Virus record (IMG/VR): IMGVR_UViG_3300035208_002115
Strand: one strand, 5' to 3'
From: a virus
Lineage: Duplodnaviria > Caudoviricetes
DNA: 64,000 nt
Part shown: positions 1 through 10,242 of the stretch, in pieces
Position numbering within the stretch: position 1 is the stretch's first letter
How the letters are laid out: the number at the start of each line of letters is the position of its first letter
The notes under the pieces: generated by a model
What the model saw: only the letters and a program-made list of their open reading frames with translations
Told to the model about the DNA's origin: nothing
Databases searched by the model: none
Made by a program: the position numbers and the translations under genes

Positions 1-1718
1 CAGATAGTTTACCACCTATGACATCGTATACCAGTATTTCTGGTTCATGTTCATCCAGTAGTATTTATGCTTCTGGGTATGAAACTTGGAAAGCGTTTGA
101 TAATAATCCAAGTACAAGTTGGAGAGCGTTTACGTCAACTGGGTGGATAAAATTTAGTTACAATACACCTGTTATTATATGGAAATATAGTATTGAATGT
201 AATGAACAATCAAACAGAAGTCCTAAAAACTGGACATTCCAAGCATCTAATAATAATATTGATTGGATTAATTTGGATGAACAAATATCTCAAATTGGTT
301 GGTCAGCAATTACTTATAGAGAATTTATCATAAATAACACTGTACCATATCTTTATTATAGAGTTAATGTAACCACAAATAATGGTGGAACATTTCTTTC
401 TATTAGTGAGATACAATTATTTGATATGATATTTATTATAGGTTCTATATCATATGAACCATTTGTAATTGGTACATTTAATAATATTTTAATACCAGAT
501 GCGTATTCTAAAAAATATGATACTATTATAGATAATAGTGCATTTCCGACAGTTCCTGTTGAAATTGAAGATTATATACGAATTGAGATTAAAAATGATG
601 AAAGACCATATCTTTCATTTGATACTTTTATAACAAACATAACATCATCTGGTTTAACAATATCTGATTTAATACCAGAATGGGTGATAAATATTATAGA
701 TAATCAATCCAATTTAACATGGATTATTCGAAATATACAATATTCTGATTTAAATGTTGGTAGTTTAATAGTTTCTTTACAAAATTCTTTTTTAAGTAAG
801 TTCTTTAATGTAAACGATATTTCAAATTCTGGTGGAACTCTATTAAATTTTCAAACAGTTGAGTATGAGTATAATAAGGAGTTTGATTACGATGGATTAA
901 GATTTACATATAGTGGTTCTACTGGGATGTTTTGGACTCAAAATACTTATATTCGTTATAAATTATATGAATTTTTATCGGGTGTAACCAGTATAGTTTT
1001 TAAACCAGATATGGTTTTTTATAATGATGATGAAATAACTGCATTTTCTCAATTCTATTTAGATTCAAATATAATTCAATTGAATGTAAATGATATTAAT
1101 GATTTGAAGAATTTTAAACCATATACATATGTTGAAGTATCGGGTACGACTACTTATACAAAGACTCTTATACTTAAAATAGAAAATAATATAGTTTGGT
1201 TAGAAAAACCAAATGGTTTTACTGGTGTATTCCCATCTGGTGAGATGGTTATAAAAATAAAAAATATAAAAGAATTATATCCTATATCTGAAATATTATA
1301 TGATGTTTATAAGAACGAAGCTTATGATTATTATATTCCTAAAAATGACTTTATAAGAAAAAATATATACCTATATTATGGGGAGATAATGAATGAAAAT
1401 GAATATATAAAATTCTACACACTTGGACTACTATCTGAAAGTTTACCAAACACAAAGAATTTTATATTACGTTTTTATAAAATAGAAGATGATGTGAATC
1501 TTTTTTATCGTCCGATTGAAATTTTAGATGTTGGTGTTGATAAAAAAACAATGATACCTAAACAATTATTATACCCAGAATATTTCAATCAGACCGAAAG
1601 GATTGATGATTTTTATATTGGTGATTATAATGTATTAGATGGTAGTGAATTTTTGGTATGGTTGGTAGCAGACCCTAATGAGGAATCAGACTATGTTATT
1701 GATTCAAATGCAACATAA
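1..1718 (+). CDS. Virion structural protein, 5'-truncated; discoidin/F5-8-type C-like domain followed by a baseplate-associated region
   Basis: Frame is open from the window start (D-S-L-P-P precedes the ATG at 18). WKAFDNNPSTSW...WIKF...PKNWTFQASNN..DW..LD...YYR...ISEIQLF fits a discoidin-like carbohydrate-binding fold. Lies in the tail gene cluster. Confidence 0.6.
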   Translation, partial: DSLPPMTSYTSISGSCSSSSIYASGYETWKAFDNNPSTSWRAFTSTGWIKFSYNTPVIIWKYSIECNEQSNRSPKNWTFQASNNNIDWINLDEQISQIGWSAITYREFIINNTVPYLYYRVNVTTNNGGTFLSISEIQLFDMIFIIGSISYEPFVIGTFNNILIPDAYSKKYDTIIDNSAFPTVPVEIEDYIRIEIKNDERPYLSFDTFITNITSSGLTISDLIPEWVINIIDNQSNLTWIIRNIQYSDLNVGSLIVSLQNSFLSKFFNVNDISNSGGTLLNFQTVEYEYNKEFDYDGLRFTYSGSTGMFWTQNTYIRYKLYEFLSGVTSIVFKPDMVFYNDDEITAFSQFYLDSNIIQLNVNDINDLKNFKPYTYVEVSGTTTYTKTLILKIENNIVWLEKPNGFTGVFPSGEMVIKIKNIKELYPISEILYDVYKNEAYDYYIPKNDFIRKNIYLYYGEIMNENEYIKFYTLGLLSESLPNTKNFILRFYKIEDDVNLFYRPIEILDVGVDKKTMIPKQLLYPEYFNQTERIDDFYIGDYNVLDGSEFLVWLVADPNEESDYVIDSNAT

Positions 1719-1741
1719 ATTTAAAAAAGAAAACATATAAA

Positions 1742-2863
1742 ATGACAAAATTAGTAAAAGGTGCAAGAATTTTAATAAAAAGAAGCGATACCACTGGTAT
1801 ACAACCGACTGTACCTGCTATTGAAGACCACACTTTAGGTTGGTTGGATACAGACATATATAAGGGGGAATTCTTTCTTAATATGGAAGATTATAGATTA
1901 TGGACAAGAACTAATACTGGGATAACCGAAATTCCAGTAATAGACCCCATCAGTGGAAAAATTAAAGTTTCCAATTTACCAAGTTCAATACTTGGTGCTG
2001 TAATATATCAAGGCACATGGAATGCAAGTACAAGTAATCCACCAACAACAGTACCAGCGAATGGGTGGTATTATATTGTTAATGTGTCTGGTACTACTAA
2101 TTTAAATGGGATAAATGAATGGCAAATAGGTGACTGGGCTATTTTCGCTGGTGAACCATCCAGTGGTGGTACTTGGGGTAAGGTAGATAATAGTAATAAT
2201 TTAACTGCTACTGAAATTACTTATAATAATCCATCATACCCAGCTTATACTACTGTAAATGCAGCATTAGACGGTTTATTGTATGTATTACCTGTTGTTA
2301 CAGCGACCATAAATACACCATCTGGTGGCGCAGTTGAAATAGGTTCAACGGTTACATCAATTGTTGTTGGTTGGTCAACTAATAAAATCATGTCGTCTGT
2401 AACTATTACTGGTACGGGTGCGCCAGTAACAAATTATGCGCCAGCAACATCAGGTACAATACCAATAAATAGTCTTAGTTTAACTACTAATACTACATAT
2501 ACTATGCACTGTACTGATTTGGAATTAGCTACGTCAATAGCAAATGCGATTGTTTATTTTAGATATTCAAGATATTGGGGAGTTGGTACATTGACTTCTA
2601 TGAACGATGCTCAAATAAATGCACTATCTTATGAATTATCAACTACGAAAGTCAAAACTATAACTTATGTGTGTAGTAATCAATATTTTTATTATATATA
2701 TCCAGTAGCATGGGGTACAGCTACATTTACCATTGGTGGTATTGAAAATGTACCTATTGTTTCGACTATAACACATATAAATGGTAGTGGTAATAGTGCT
2801 TCATATTATTTTTATAGAAGTGCCAACTTACTTAATGGTAGTATTACAGTTGTGATAACTTAA
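1742..2863 (+). CDS. Tail fibre / tail-associated structural protein
   Basis: Thr/Ser/Gly-rich. Has a YQGTWNAS...GWYYIV...W.IGDWAIF module typical of phage fibre proteins and a C-terminal beta-rich domain. Confidence 0.6.
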   Translation: MTKLVKGARILIKRSDTTGIQPTVPAIEDHTLGWLDTDIYKGEFFLNMEDYRLWTRTNTGITEIPVIDPISGKIKVSNLPSSILGAVIYQGTWNASTSNPPTTVPANGWYYIVNVSGTTNLNGINEWQIGDWAIFAGEPSSGGTWGKVDNSNNLTATEITYNNPSYPAYTTVNAALDGLLYVLPVVTATINTPSGGAVEIGSTVTSIVVGWSTNKIMSSVTITGTGAPVTNYAPATSGTIPINSLSLTTNTTYTMHCTDLELATSIANAIVYFRYSRYWGVGTLTSMNDAQINALSYELSTTKVKTITYVCSNQYFYYIYPVAWGTATFTIGGIENVPIVSTITHINGSGNSASYYFYRSANLLNGSITVVIT

Positions 2864-2881
2864 AAAAAGAAAATTATATAA

Positions 2882-4924
2882 ATGGCAAAAAATACAGGAA
2901 CATTAGTTGTTGATACTATTAAGACATATGACGATACAGATAAATATGCTGTTGTCAATTCGAGTGATATCAAAGGTGGACATCATGTTGTAGATTATGA
3001 TACTGATAGAAATAATTTAGTATCAACTTACCCATTACGTACCGAGACTGGTATGTTGGTTACTGTTAGGTCATCGTCTGATAATGGTAATCGAATGACA
3101 ACGTATCAACTTAGTGGTACGACATGGGTTAATTATGCCGATTACTTGACCGATGTAGCCAATATTTGGAAATCAGGGGCAACTGGTAATATATGGTATG
3201 CCCCACCATCGGGTAATGTGGGTATTGGAATAACTGGGGCTTATATAACTGGTAAATTGACTGTTTTTGGTCAAAGCCATTTTTATGGTATAAGTGATTA
3301 TAGATTTACCATCGACCCAACAAATGCTGCTATTTATAATTATGATACATCATTACTAATAATTGGGGCAATGCGAATTGGTAATAATACATCCAATACA
3401 GGTTTGATTATGAGACCAGATTTAGGTGATAAGATTGGTATAAATATAGATATTCCCACAACGACTCTTGATATTAATGGTAAAACTACTATTAGAGAAC
3501 AACTTATTATAGATTATAGTGCGACTGGGGGTGTAGATACTTGGAATAAATCAGGTTTACTAATTAAAAATAATAATGTTACCCCAAGTGAAGTTAGTGT
3601 TGCTTTTCAAAACATATCCACAGGTTCAAACTATTGGTTCACAGGATTAAATGAAAGTTCAATTTATCAAATAATATATGGTACGTCTTATGCTGGTACT
3701 TCATTTTTTGAAATTAATACATCTGGACTGGTTACTATTAATAATTCTTTAACTGTTAATAGTTCTATAAATTTAAATACTAATACCACTTTATCGGATG
3801 GTACAATTAATGTTGGTACAACATCAAGAGCAGGTAACTCAGTTATAAGAGCAAGAACTAATGATAGTTATATATCTGGGTTTGAAGCATATGGAAATGG
3901 AGCTGGTACAGGATATTTATATGTTGGTGAAAGTTCAACTTATGGTGGCGGTGTACTTTTTAATGGTGATGATGTACCGGGAGCGATTGACCCAGTAAAT
4001 TGTGTTCTATATTATAGAAGAAGTGCTGGTGTAGATTCAACTGTTTTTTATTATACTCAAAACGCCAACCATGTATATTTTAACGGTCATATTTACTTTA
4101 ATGCTTCAAATACATCAAATATTTATCATAATATCCCAACATACGGTATAAATATGAGAGGTGGTCTTGGTCTTAATGGGAGTTCTGGGCAACAAGGGTT
4201 TGGTTCTGGTTCTATAATTTTATACACTGGGCAAGGTGGTACTGGTGGTGAGGATTTGTCTACTCCAACATATGGACTTGATGGTGGTGATAGTGGTGCT
4301 GTTTCTTTGTACACTGGACAAGGTGGTACTGCTGGTGGAACTGCGATTGGATATAGTGGTGATGGTGGTGATAGTGGAGATTTAAATATTTATACTGGTA
4401 ACGGTGGAACTTCTGTTGGACATTATGGTGGTAGTAGTGGAAATATTAACATGTATACTGGTATTGCTGGTTCTGGATATTATACAGGGTCTTATGGTGA
4501 TATAATACTTCAATATTCATCAATTGCCAGAGGAAACGTTTTAATAGCTACTAATTCAAACCCAAGTAATAGACGTTTAAAAGTAAACGGTATTGGTGAA
4601 GCTACTGACTGGATTGCAATATCAGATATAAGAGAAAAAGAAAACATTATTTCTTTTGATAATGCACTTGATAAAGTGATGAAATTAAATCCAGTATATT
4701 TTAATTTTATAAATGGTGATGATAAATCCAAAAAAATTGGATTAATTGCACAAGAAGTTGAGGTTATTATACCTGAATTAATTCCACCAACAATAGGTGA
4801 TTCTACAAAAGGTGTTAGTTATAATAACCTAAGTGCGGTCTTAGTTAAAGCTATACAGGAACAAAATCTCATTATAGATAATTTAAAAGAAGAAATAGAA
4901 AAATTAAAAACAAAAATTAATTAA
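2882..4924 (+). CDS. Tail fibre with C-terminal intramolecular chaperone (peptidase S74)
   Basis: GNVGIG / KIGIN..P...LDING fibre repeats, Gly-rich segment, then SDIREKENI...LNPVYF...IGLIAQEVE...VSY..L..VLVKAIQE and a terminal coiled coil. Confidence 0.85.
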   Translation: MAKNTGTLVVDTIKTYDDTDKYAVVNSSDIKGGHHVVDYDTDRNNLVSTYPLRTETGMLVTVRSSSDNGNRMTTYQLSGTTWVNYADYLTDVANIWKSGATGNIWYAPPSGNVGIGITGAYITGKLTVFGQSHFYGISDYRFTIDPTNAAIYNYDTSLLIIGAMRIGNNTSNTGLIMRPDLGDKIGINIDIPTTTLDINGKTTIREQLIIDYSATGGVDTWNKSGLLIKNNNVTPSEVSVAFQNISTGSNYWFTGLNESSIYQIIYGTSYAGTSFFEINTSGLVTINNSLTVNSSINLNTNTTLSDGTINVGTTSRAGNSVIRARTNDSYISGFEAYGNGAGTGYLYVGESSTYGGGVLFNGDDVPGAIDPVNCVLYYRRSAGVDSTVFYYTQNANHVYFNGHIYFNASNTSNIYHNIPTYGINMRGGLGLNGSSGQQGFGSGSIILYTGQGGTGGEDLSTPTYGLDGGDSGAVSLYTGQGGTAGGTAIGYSGDGGDSGDLNIYTGNGGTSVGHYGGSSGNINMYTGIAGSGYYTGSYGDIILQYSSIARGNVLIATNSNPSNRRLKVNGIGEATDWIAISDIREKENIISFDNALDKVMKLNPVYFNFINGDDKSKKIGLIAQEVEVIIPELIPPTIGDSTKGVSYNNLSAVLVKAIQEQNLIIDNLKEEIEKLKTKIN

Positions 4925-4929
4925 TAATA

Positions 4930-6639
4930 ATGGCAGTTAATATAGCATTAGCTTTAGAACATGTAGATTTTAATAAGATTAACATAACTCTTGTTGATGG
5001 AATGTCCATTGACAAATTAAAAATAAGATATAATTGGATTTTCAATGCTTCCATTGAAGATGCTATAATTGGTGAAGATAACTACGGATTAGTATGGTAT
5101 TCTGGGAACTGGATATGCGGTGATTGGTATGACGGTACTTGGTATTCGGGAAATTTTGAAACGGGAACTTGGAGAAATGGAAGGTTTTATAGTTATAAAC
5201 TGAATAAATATGATGTTTTAAATGGTAATTTTAATATAATAGATAGGGGTAATCAATATTCTGTCATGGGAATTGGTGAAGGTTATGTTGAATGGGAATC
5301 TGGTGATTTTTATGGCGGTACATTTGGAACAAAGGTAATAGATTGGTCACTTTACACTCCATATGACCCAAATAATCCACAAGGAAATAATGATATTACT
5401 AATAATAGTGGTCAAACATGTGTGTGGAGAAATGGTAATTTTTATAATGGTGTGATTTTTAATTCTATATGGTGGGATGGTAACTGGTATAATGGTTATA
5501 TGGAAAACATTCAATGGATAAGTGGAAAATTTTATAATGGTGAATTTAATGGTTACATTTGGTATAATGGTACATTCTTAGGTGGGGATTTCATCAATGG
5601 TGAATGGATGAATGGTGTATTTACTACATTTAATGAAAATGTGAAATCGAGATTTGGTGTTGTTAAAAATCCTGAATCATTTATAGAAACTATATCAGTC
5701 AATGAGAATACTACTTTTGTTAAACCATTAACATATACAGTATTTGGTGGTGGTAATTTAACATGGTTAAATGGCACATACACTGGTTTAGTTCAAGTAA
5801 TTAATCAACAAATACATCAAAGTCGAAGTGTAAACTCATATATAACGAATTCGGCTGCGAATAGTGGATATACACAAACACTTTCTATAAATGGGTGGAG
5901 TTTTAATATACCCGAAACAGCAACAATAAATGGTATAGAAGTTTATATTTCTTTGTATGCATCTTATAAAGATTCAAGAACTTATAAAGTTTCAAAGGTA
6001 ACGTTATCAAAAACTATAACTAATAATCCATTACTTCAATCGAACAATTTAGCTGGTAATGAATTAGTGGATGTATATCCGAGTGGTTCACCTTGGCCTC
6101 CACTGTATTATAATTATTTTTATGGTAGTCCAACTAATACATGGGGTATGAGTTTTACACCTGAAGACGTAAATTCACCATTATTTTCAGTGAATTTTAA
6201 ACTTCTTAAAGATGTTACATTTTATAATATTTGTTATTTCGCTGGTTTGGTTGTTAATGTTTATTACACCACTGACGTGTCAACATATAATTATGAAAAG
6301 TGTACATGGAACAATGGTAATTTCAATAATGGTGAATTTCATTCTGGGTTAATTACAAATGCGGATGGAAGTATCACTGAATCTGGAAATCATAAAATTT
6401 CTATTTGGAATAATGGTAATTTTAATAATGGTAAATGGTATGGTGGGTCATTCAGAAATGGTACATTTAACAACGGTGAATTTTTAGCTGGATATTTTGG
6501 GACTGATTCATTTGCACCTACTTGGAATAATGGTCAATTTATTAACGGTTTCTGGCAGAATGGAGTATTTAATAATGGTGAATTCCATAATGGCATTTGT
6601 AAAAATATCGATATAAAAAATGGTAAACTGGGAGATTAA
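4930..6639 (+). CDS. Structural protein with (W/F)xNGx pentapeptide repeats flanking an inserted domain
   Basis: Tandem 5-aa repeats (e.g. WYNGT FLGGD FINGE WMNGV) in both the N- and C-terminal thirds. Confidence 0.6.
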   Translation: MAVNIALALEHVDFNKINITLVDGMSIDKLKIRYNWIFNASIEDAIIGEDNYGLVWYSGNWICGDWYDGTWYSGNFETGTWRNGRFYSYKLNKYDVLNGNFNIIDRGNQYSVMGIGEGYVEWESGDFYGGTFGTKVIDWSLYTPYDPNNPQGNNDITNNSGQTCVWRNGNFYNGVIFNSIWWDGNWYNGYMENIQWISGKFYNGEFNGYIWYNGTFLGGDFINGEWMNGVFTTFNENVKSRFGVVKNPESFIETISVNENTTFVKPLTYTVFGGGNLTWLNGTYTGLVQVINQQIHQSRSVNSYITNSAANSGYTQTLSINGWSFNIPETATINGIEVYISLYASYKDSRTYKVSKVTLSKTITNNPLLQSNNLAGNELVDVYPSGSPWPPLYYNYFYGSPTNTWGMSFTPEDVNSPLFSVNFKLLKDVTFYNICYFAGLVVNVYYTTDVSTYNYEKCTWNNGNFNNGEFHSGLITNADGSITESGNHKISIWNNGNFNNGKWYGGSFRNGTFNNGEFLAGYFGTDSFAPTWNNGQFINGFWQNGVFNNGEFHNGICKNIDIKNGKLGD

Positions 6640-6645
6640 TATATA
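6637..6645 (+). promoter_or_regulatory. Putative late promoter TAATATATA
   Basis: Same 9-mer recurs upstream of structural and CTS-tagged genes (see findings). Confidence 0.5.
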
Positions 6646-6692
6646 AAGATAAATATTCAGACAATATATTTGAAAAATCAATAAAAATAAAT

Positions 6693-7097
6693 ATGAAAAC
6701 TTTTTCTCAATACTATAATTTAAATGAAAATCTTGATGACCAATTAAAAGATAAATTATCTGAAAAATATTTATCATTAAAAAGAGGTGTATTATTATTA
6801 ATAGATGGTTCTTTGGATGAAAATCAGAAAAAAGAATTGGTTAACGTTCAAAATTATTTATCTGATATCGAAAAAAATGGCCTTGATAATGTAAAAATAA
6901 CTGGTTTGATTGAAGATGCAGATGTCCAGAATTTTTATTTAAAATATAAAAATGATATAGATACACTTTTAAAAGATAAAGGGTATTTTACAGATAAGAT
7001 AGCACCCAATGTTTATAGCTTATACGATATGATGTTAAACGGAACAAAAAAGGCTGTACAGTATGTTGTAGAAATATTAAATAATGAATTATTCTAA
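6693..7097 (+). CDS. Hypothetical protein with CTS-like N-terminus (putative internal virion protein)
   Basis: Starts MKTFSQYYNLNE; follows TAATATATA. Confidence 0.55.
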   Translation: MKTFSQYYNLNENLDDQLKDKLSEKYLSLKRGVLLLIDGSLDENQKKELVNVQNYLSDIEKNGLDNVKITGLIEDADVQNFYLKYKNDIDTLLKDKGYFTDKIAPNVYSLYDMMLNGTKKAVQYVVEILNNELF

Positions 7098-7678
7098 TGA
7101 AATATTTGAAACATTTTAAATTATTTGAAAATCATTTATATATGTTAAAATCTGGTTTAATTCGAGTTAAAAGATATTGTAAACCAGACACTATAAATAC
7201 AAATGAACTGAGAGGTGGTACGTGGTATTCATATATTAATGATGAACGTGCCGATAGATATAACCAGACTGATTCTAAAATAGGTGGTACAACACTTATC
7301 ACTGGTGAAATTGAATATCAGAAACCATTCGTTTTAACAAACACAAATTCTAATAACGTTTTATTTGATTTTCAATTATTTACTTTTATTGATATATTCA
7401 CAGAAGAAGATAAAGAATTTTTACTGAATATATCTTTTGAAAAAAATAAAATTAAGTTCATAAAAGAGAGTCTGAAATATGGGGTTATAGATAAAAAACA
7501 GTCTGAAATTATAAAAAAATTATCAGATTTTAATTCTTTAAATGTAATTGTTGATAACCTATTAGCTAAACGATTAAAAGAAAATAATAGAGATGTTTTT
7601 ATTCGTTTAGACCAAGATAACTATATATTCGAAGTATTTGATATAAATAATTTATTCCAACAGAAAACTATTTCTTAA
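7097..7678 (+). CDS. Hypothetical protein with CTS-like N-terminus, possibly a degenerate ART fold
   Basis: Starts MKYLKHFKLFE; coupled to the upstream gene by TAATG; weak VKRY...GGTWYS...KPFVL pattern. Confidence 0.45.
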   Translation: MKYLKHFKLFENHLYMLKSGLIRVKRYCKPDTINTNELRGGTWYSYINDERADRYNQTDSKIGGTTLITGEIEYQKPFVLTNTNSNNVLFDFQLFTFIDIFTEEDKEFLLNISFEKNKIKFIKESLKYGVIDKKQSEIIKKLSDFNSLNVIVDNLLAKRLKENNRDVFIRLDQDNYIFEVFDINNLFQQKTIS

Positions 7679-7730
7679 ATTGTTCATATAAGATATAATT
7701 CATATTTTTGTTTATATTTTATAACCTCTT

Positions 7731-8504
7731 ATGTTTAATAAAGAAAAGATTAAAGAAGAATTAGATAATTATTTGGAATTCGATTCTTCTTTACTGTTCA
7801 AGGATACTGATTATTTGGTTATATTCGGTGGTAGTTTGAGAGATATTATATCAAAAAACACAATTAATGATATAGATATAATGTGTTTATCTCATTCTAT
7901 GCAAACTGCTATTGAGGTAATAACCGAACATGGATATTTTTTTATTGATTTATATACCAAGGATATTTTAAATATGTATGATGACTTACATGTTATATTC
8001 GAACCCAAAACATATATTAATTCTAAAGGTAAAAAAATACAATTCATCAGGCCAGCAAAAAATGATATTATATCGAGAAATATAATAGCTAATGATTTTG
8101 AATATATGGTTTTTTCTTTTATTAGTTTATTACAAAATGTGGATTTAAGCTGCTGTGGTATATTTTGGGATGGTGAAGAATTATATGAATCATACGTTGG
8201 TAGTGTTAGACAATGTGAAGAAAGAAAATTTATTGAACTTCCACATAATTCTATGTATAATCGTCATAGAATAGAAGATAGGAAAAGAAAAATGTTATAT
8301 GATAAAACATTCGATGAAATAGTAGAACGTGATTTATCTGATATTAAACGAGTAAGACTTTTAAAATTAAATGAAATACTTACTGAAGAAAAAAATATAG
8401 AGGAATATAAGATAAAAATTTCATACAATCAGAAAACTGAAAATGAAATTTTAGGTTATTTTGATAATAATTCTAAAATTGATATGGATGATTTACCTTT
8501 TTAG
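7731..8504 (+). CDS. Pol-beta superfamily nucleotidyltransferase (CCA/poly(A)-polymerase head-like)
   Basis: IFGGSLRD...NDIDI and ...NVDLSCC motifs; ends in DDLPF. Confidence 0.7.
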   Translation: MFNKEKIKEELDNYLEFDSSLLFKDTDYLVIFGGSLRDIISKNTINDIDIMCLSHSMQTAIEVITEHGYFFIDLYTKDILNMYDDLHVIFEPKTYINSKGKKIQFIRPAKNDIISRNIIANDFEYMVFSFISLLQNVDLSCCGIFWDGEELYESYVGSVRQCEERKFIELPHNSMYNRHRIEDRKRKMLYDKTFDEIVERDLSDIKRVRLLKLNEILTEEKNIEEYKIKISYNQKTENEILGYFDNNSKIDMDDLPF

Positions 8505-10237
8505 ACTAAATTCATCCACGAAGAATCCGATTTACTAACAATAGCAAACTGGTCATTCTTTCTAATTGAGTTATAATTCCAAGGTTGATATTCCCAGTGC
8601 CATGTTTCAGATTTTACGGTTCGGATAAACCCATATTTTATTGCGTTTTTAACTAACCATTTATACGATTTATTTTTACCAACATTTGTTTGAAAATCGA
8701 AAGCAGTTCCATAGTGGTGCAGAGATTGTCCCGGACGACCAGTGTATGGTGTATAGTTTGTTGAACTATTTGTTTCTAATTCTTTGGTTGTGAAGTCTTT
8801 CTTTTTATTTTGAACTCTTAAATCAAATTGTTCACCCCAGAAACGGAAAGCATCAACAAGAACCAAATTAATTCCATCCTTTTTAGCTGCATCGAACATC
8901 CTTTTCAATGGTTCAAAATATTTTTTAATAACCTTTTGATTTTGAAATTGAACATATTCTTCTTTAGCTACAATTTTCCCTTTTAAATAAACATCAACTT
9001 TTTCATAAATGGGTTTACCGCTTTTGTCTTTTAAAACGTTACCATTTTTATCTTTCATTGGTACACCTGCTGGAACATTAACTTTCTTTGTTGAAATACT
9101 TTCATTAGTAACAGTATTTGATGTTATATAAGTTCCATAGTTTTCATCAACAACAACAACATCTTCGTTGTATGTATTTGTGGTTGAATCCGTAGTATTT
9201 TTAGAATATATTTCGTCTTCGTCTTCTGACCCAACATAATCATATTTTTCTTCATTCTGTAAATCGCCATATGAGGATGATACCAATTCACCATCTTCGT
9301 CTATTATGTAAACAATATTGGTTGGCGCATCAGAATTATTTTCATGAAAATCAACCTCATCTACTTTAGCTACTTTGGACGGTTTAGCATTGTCTAAATC
9401 ACTTTGGTCTGATTCAGTTTTTTCTTTTATGTTTTCTTTAATATCCTCACTTAATAATTCAGAATTAACTGTGGTTTTTTGTGCTGGTACAAAGGGGTCT
9501 TGGTCATTTGATTTCAAATCTTTATCATTTTCATCTGCATTAGTTTCGATATCTCTTTGAACTTTTTCGATTTTATTATTATCAGGTAATTTAACATGCT
9601 TTGAAAGAAATGTATTCTTTATTGTTTGATATTCTGTCATTAAAGCATCTAAATCTGGTCTTAAAATCGGTGCGCCCAAGTTCCCAGTTAAAGTTGTCGG
9701 AATAATAAGTTTATTTACGAGTTTATCAAACCATTTAAAGAAATTAGTACCAAGAACTGCATCTTGATTAGCATCACTCGAACCCAAATTTAAAACTTGT
9801 GAATTATCTTTTAATCTAAATGAAATGTTTTCTTCATCAATGTGAATCTGATTGTATAAATAATCAATTCGTAACCCATTATTATCAATAAACATTTGAG
9901 TTTTATGGTCAAATAATATAGCAATAAAATTACCATAGTCTTCTTCACTTAAATTTTCTAATTTTTTTTGTAAATTGATATTATAGTGTTCAGTATAAAT
10001 GTAGGTGGGTGAATAAATATAACCGTTTTCAAATATAACATTAACAAGTTTACCCAGTTGTGGCACATGAAAATTTTTACCTCCAAGACCTCTGTATGGT
10101 GTTGCCCAAGGTATATGTGTAGTATCTATTTCTTCAAAAATAGATGCGACTTTAATTCTGATACGACCCAATCTACGAGGGTCTTTAATATCAACTACTA
10201 TACCCGAATATACCTTACCTGAATAAAAACTATCCAT
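8501..10237 (-). CDS. gp5-like baseplate hub/spike protein with C-terminal M15 (VanY-type) Zn peptidase
   Basis: N-terminal gp5 OB-fold signature GIVVDIKDPRRLGRIRIKV...PWA.P...VP..G..V.V.F. C-terminal FR...Q...PGQSLHHYGTAFD...WL..NA..YGF...ETWHWEY. Confidence 0.8.
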   Translation of the reverse strand: MDSFYSGKVYSGIVVDIKDPRRLGRIRIKVASIFEEIDTTHIPWATPYRGLGGKNFHVPQLGKLVNVIFENGYIYSPTYIYTEHYNINLQKKLENLSEEDYGNFIAILFDHKTQMFIDNNGLRIDYLYNQIHIDEENISFRLKDNSQVLNLGSSDANQDAVLGTNFFKWFDKLVNKLIIPTTLTGNLGAPILRPDLDALMTEYQTIKNTFLSKHVKLPDNNKIEKVQRDIETNADENDKDLKSNDQDPFVPAQKTTVNSELLSEDIKENIKEKTESDQSDLDNAKPSKVAKVDEVDFHENNSDAPTNIVYIIDEDGELVSSSYGDLQNEEKYDYVGSEDEDEIYSKNTTDSTTNTYNEDVVVVDENYGTYITSNTVTNESISTKKVNVPAGVPMKDKNGNVLKDKSGKPIYEKVDVYLKGKIVAKEEYVQFQNQKVIKKYFEPLKRMFDAAKKDGINLVLVDAFRFWGEQFDLRVQNKKKDFTTKELETNSSTNYTPYTGRPGQSLHHYGTAFDFQTNVGKNKSYKWLVKNAIKYGFIRTVKSETWHWEYQPWNYNSIRKNDQFAIVSKSDSSWMNLV

Positions 10238-10242
10238 TAAAA

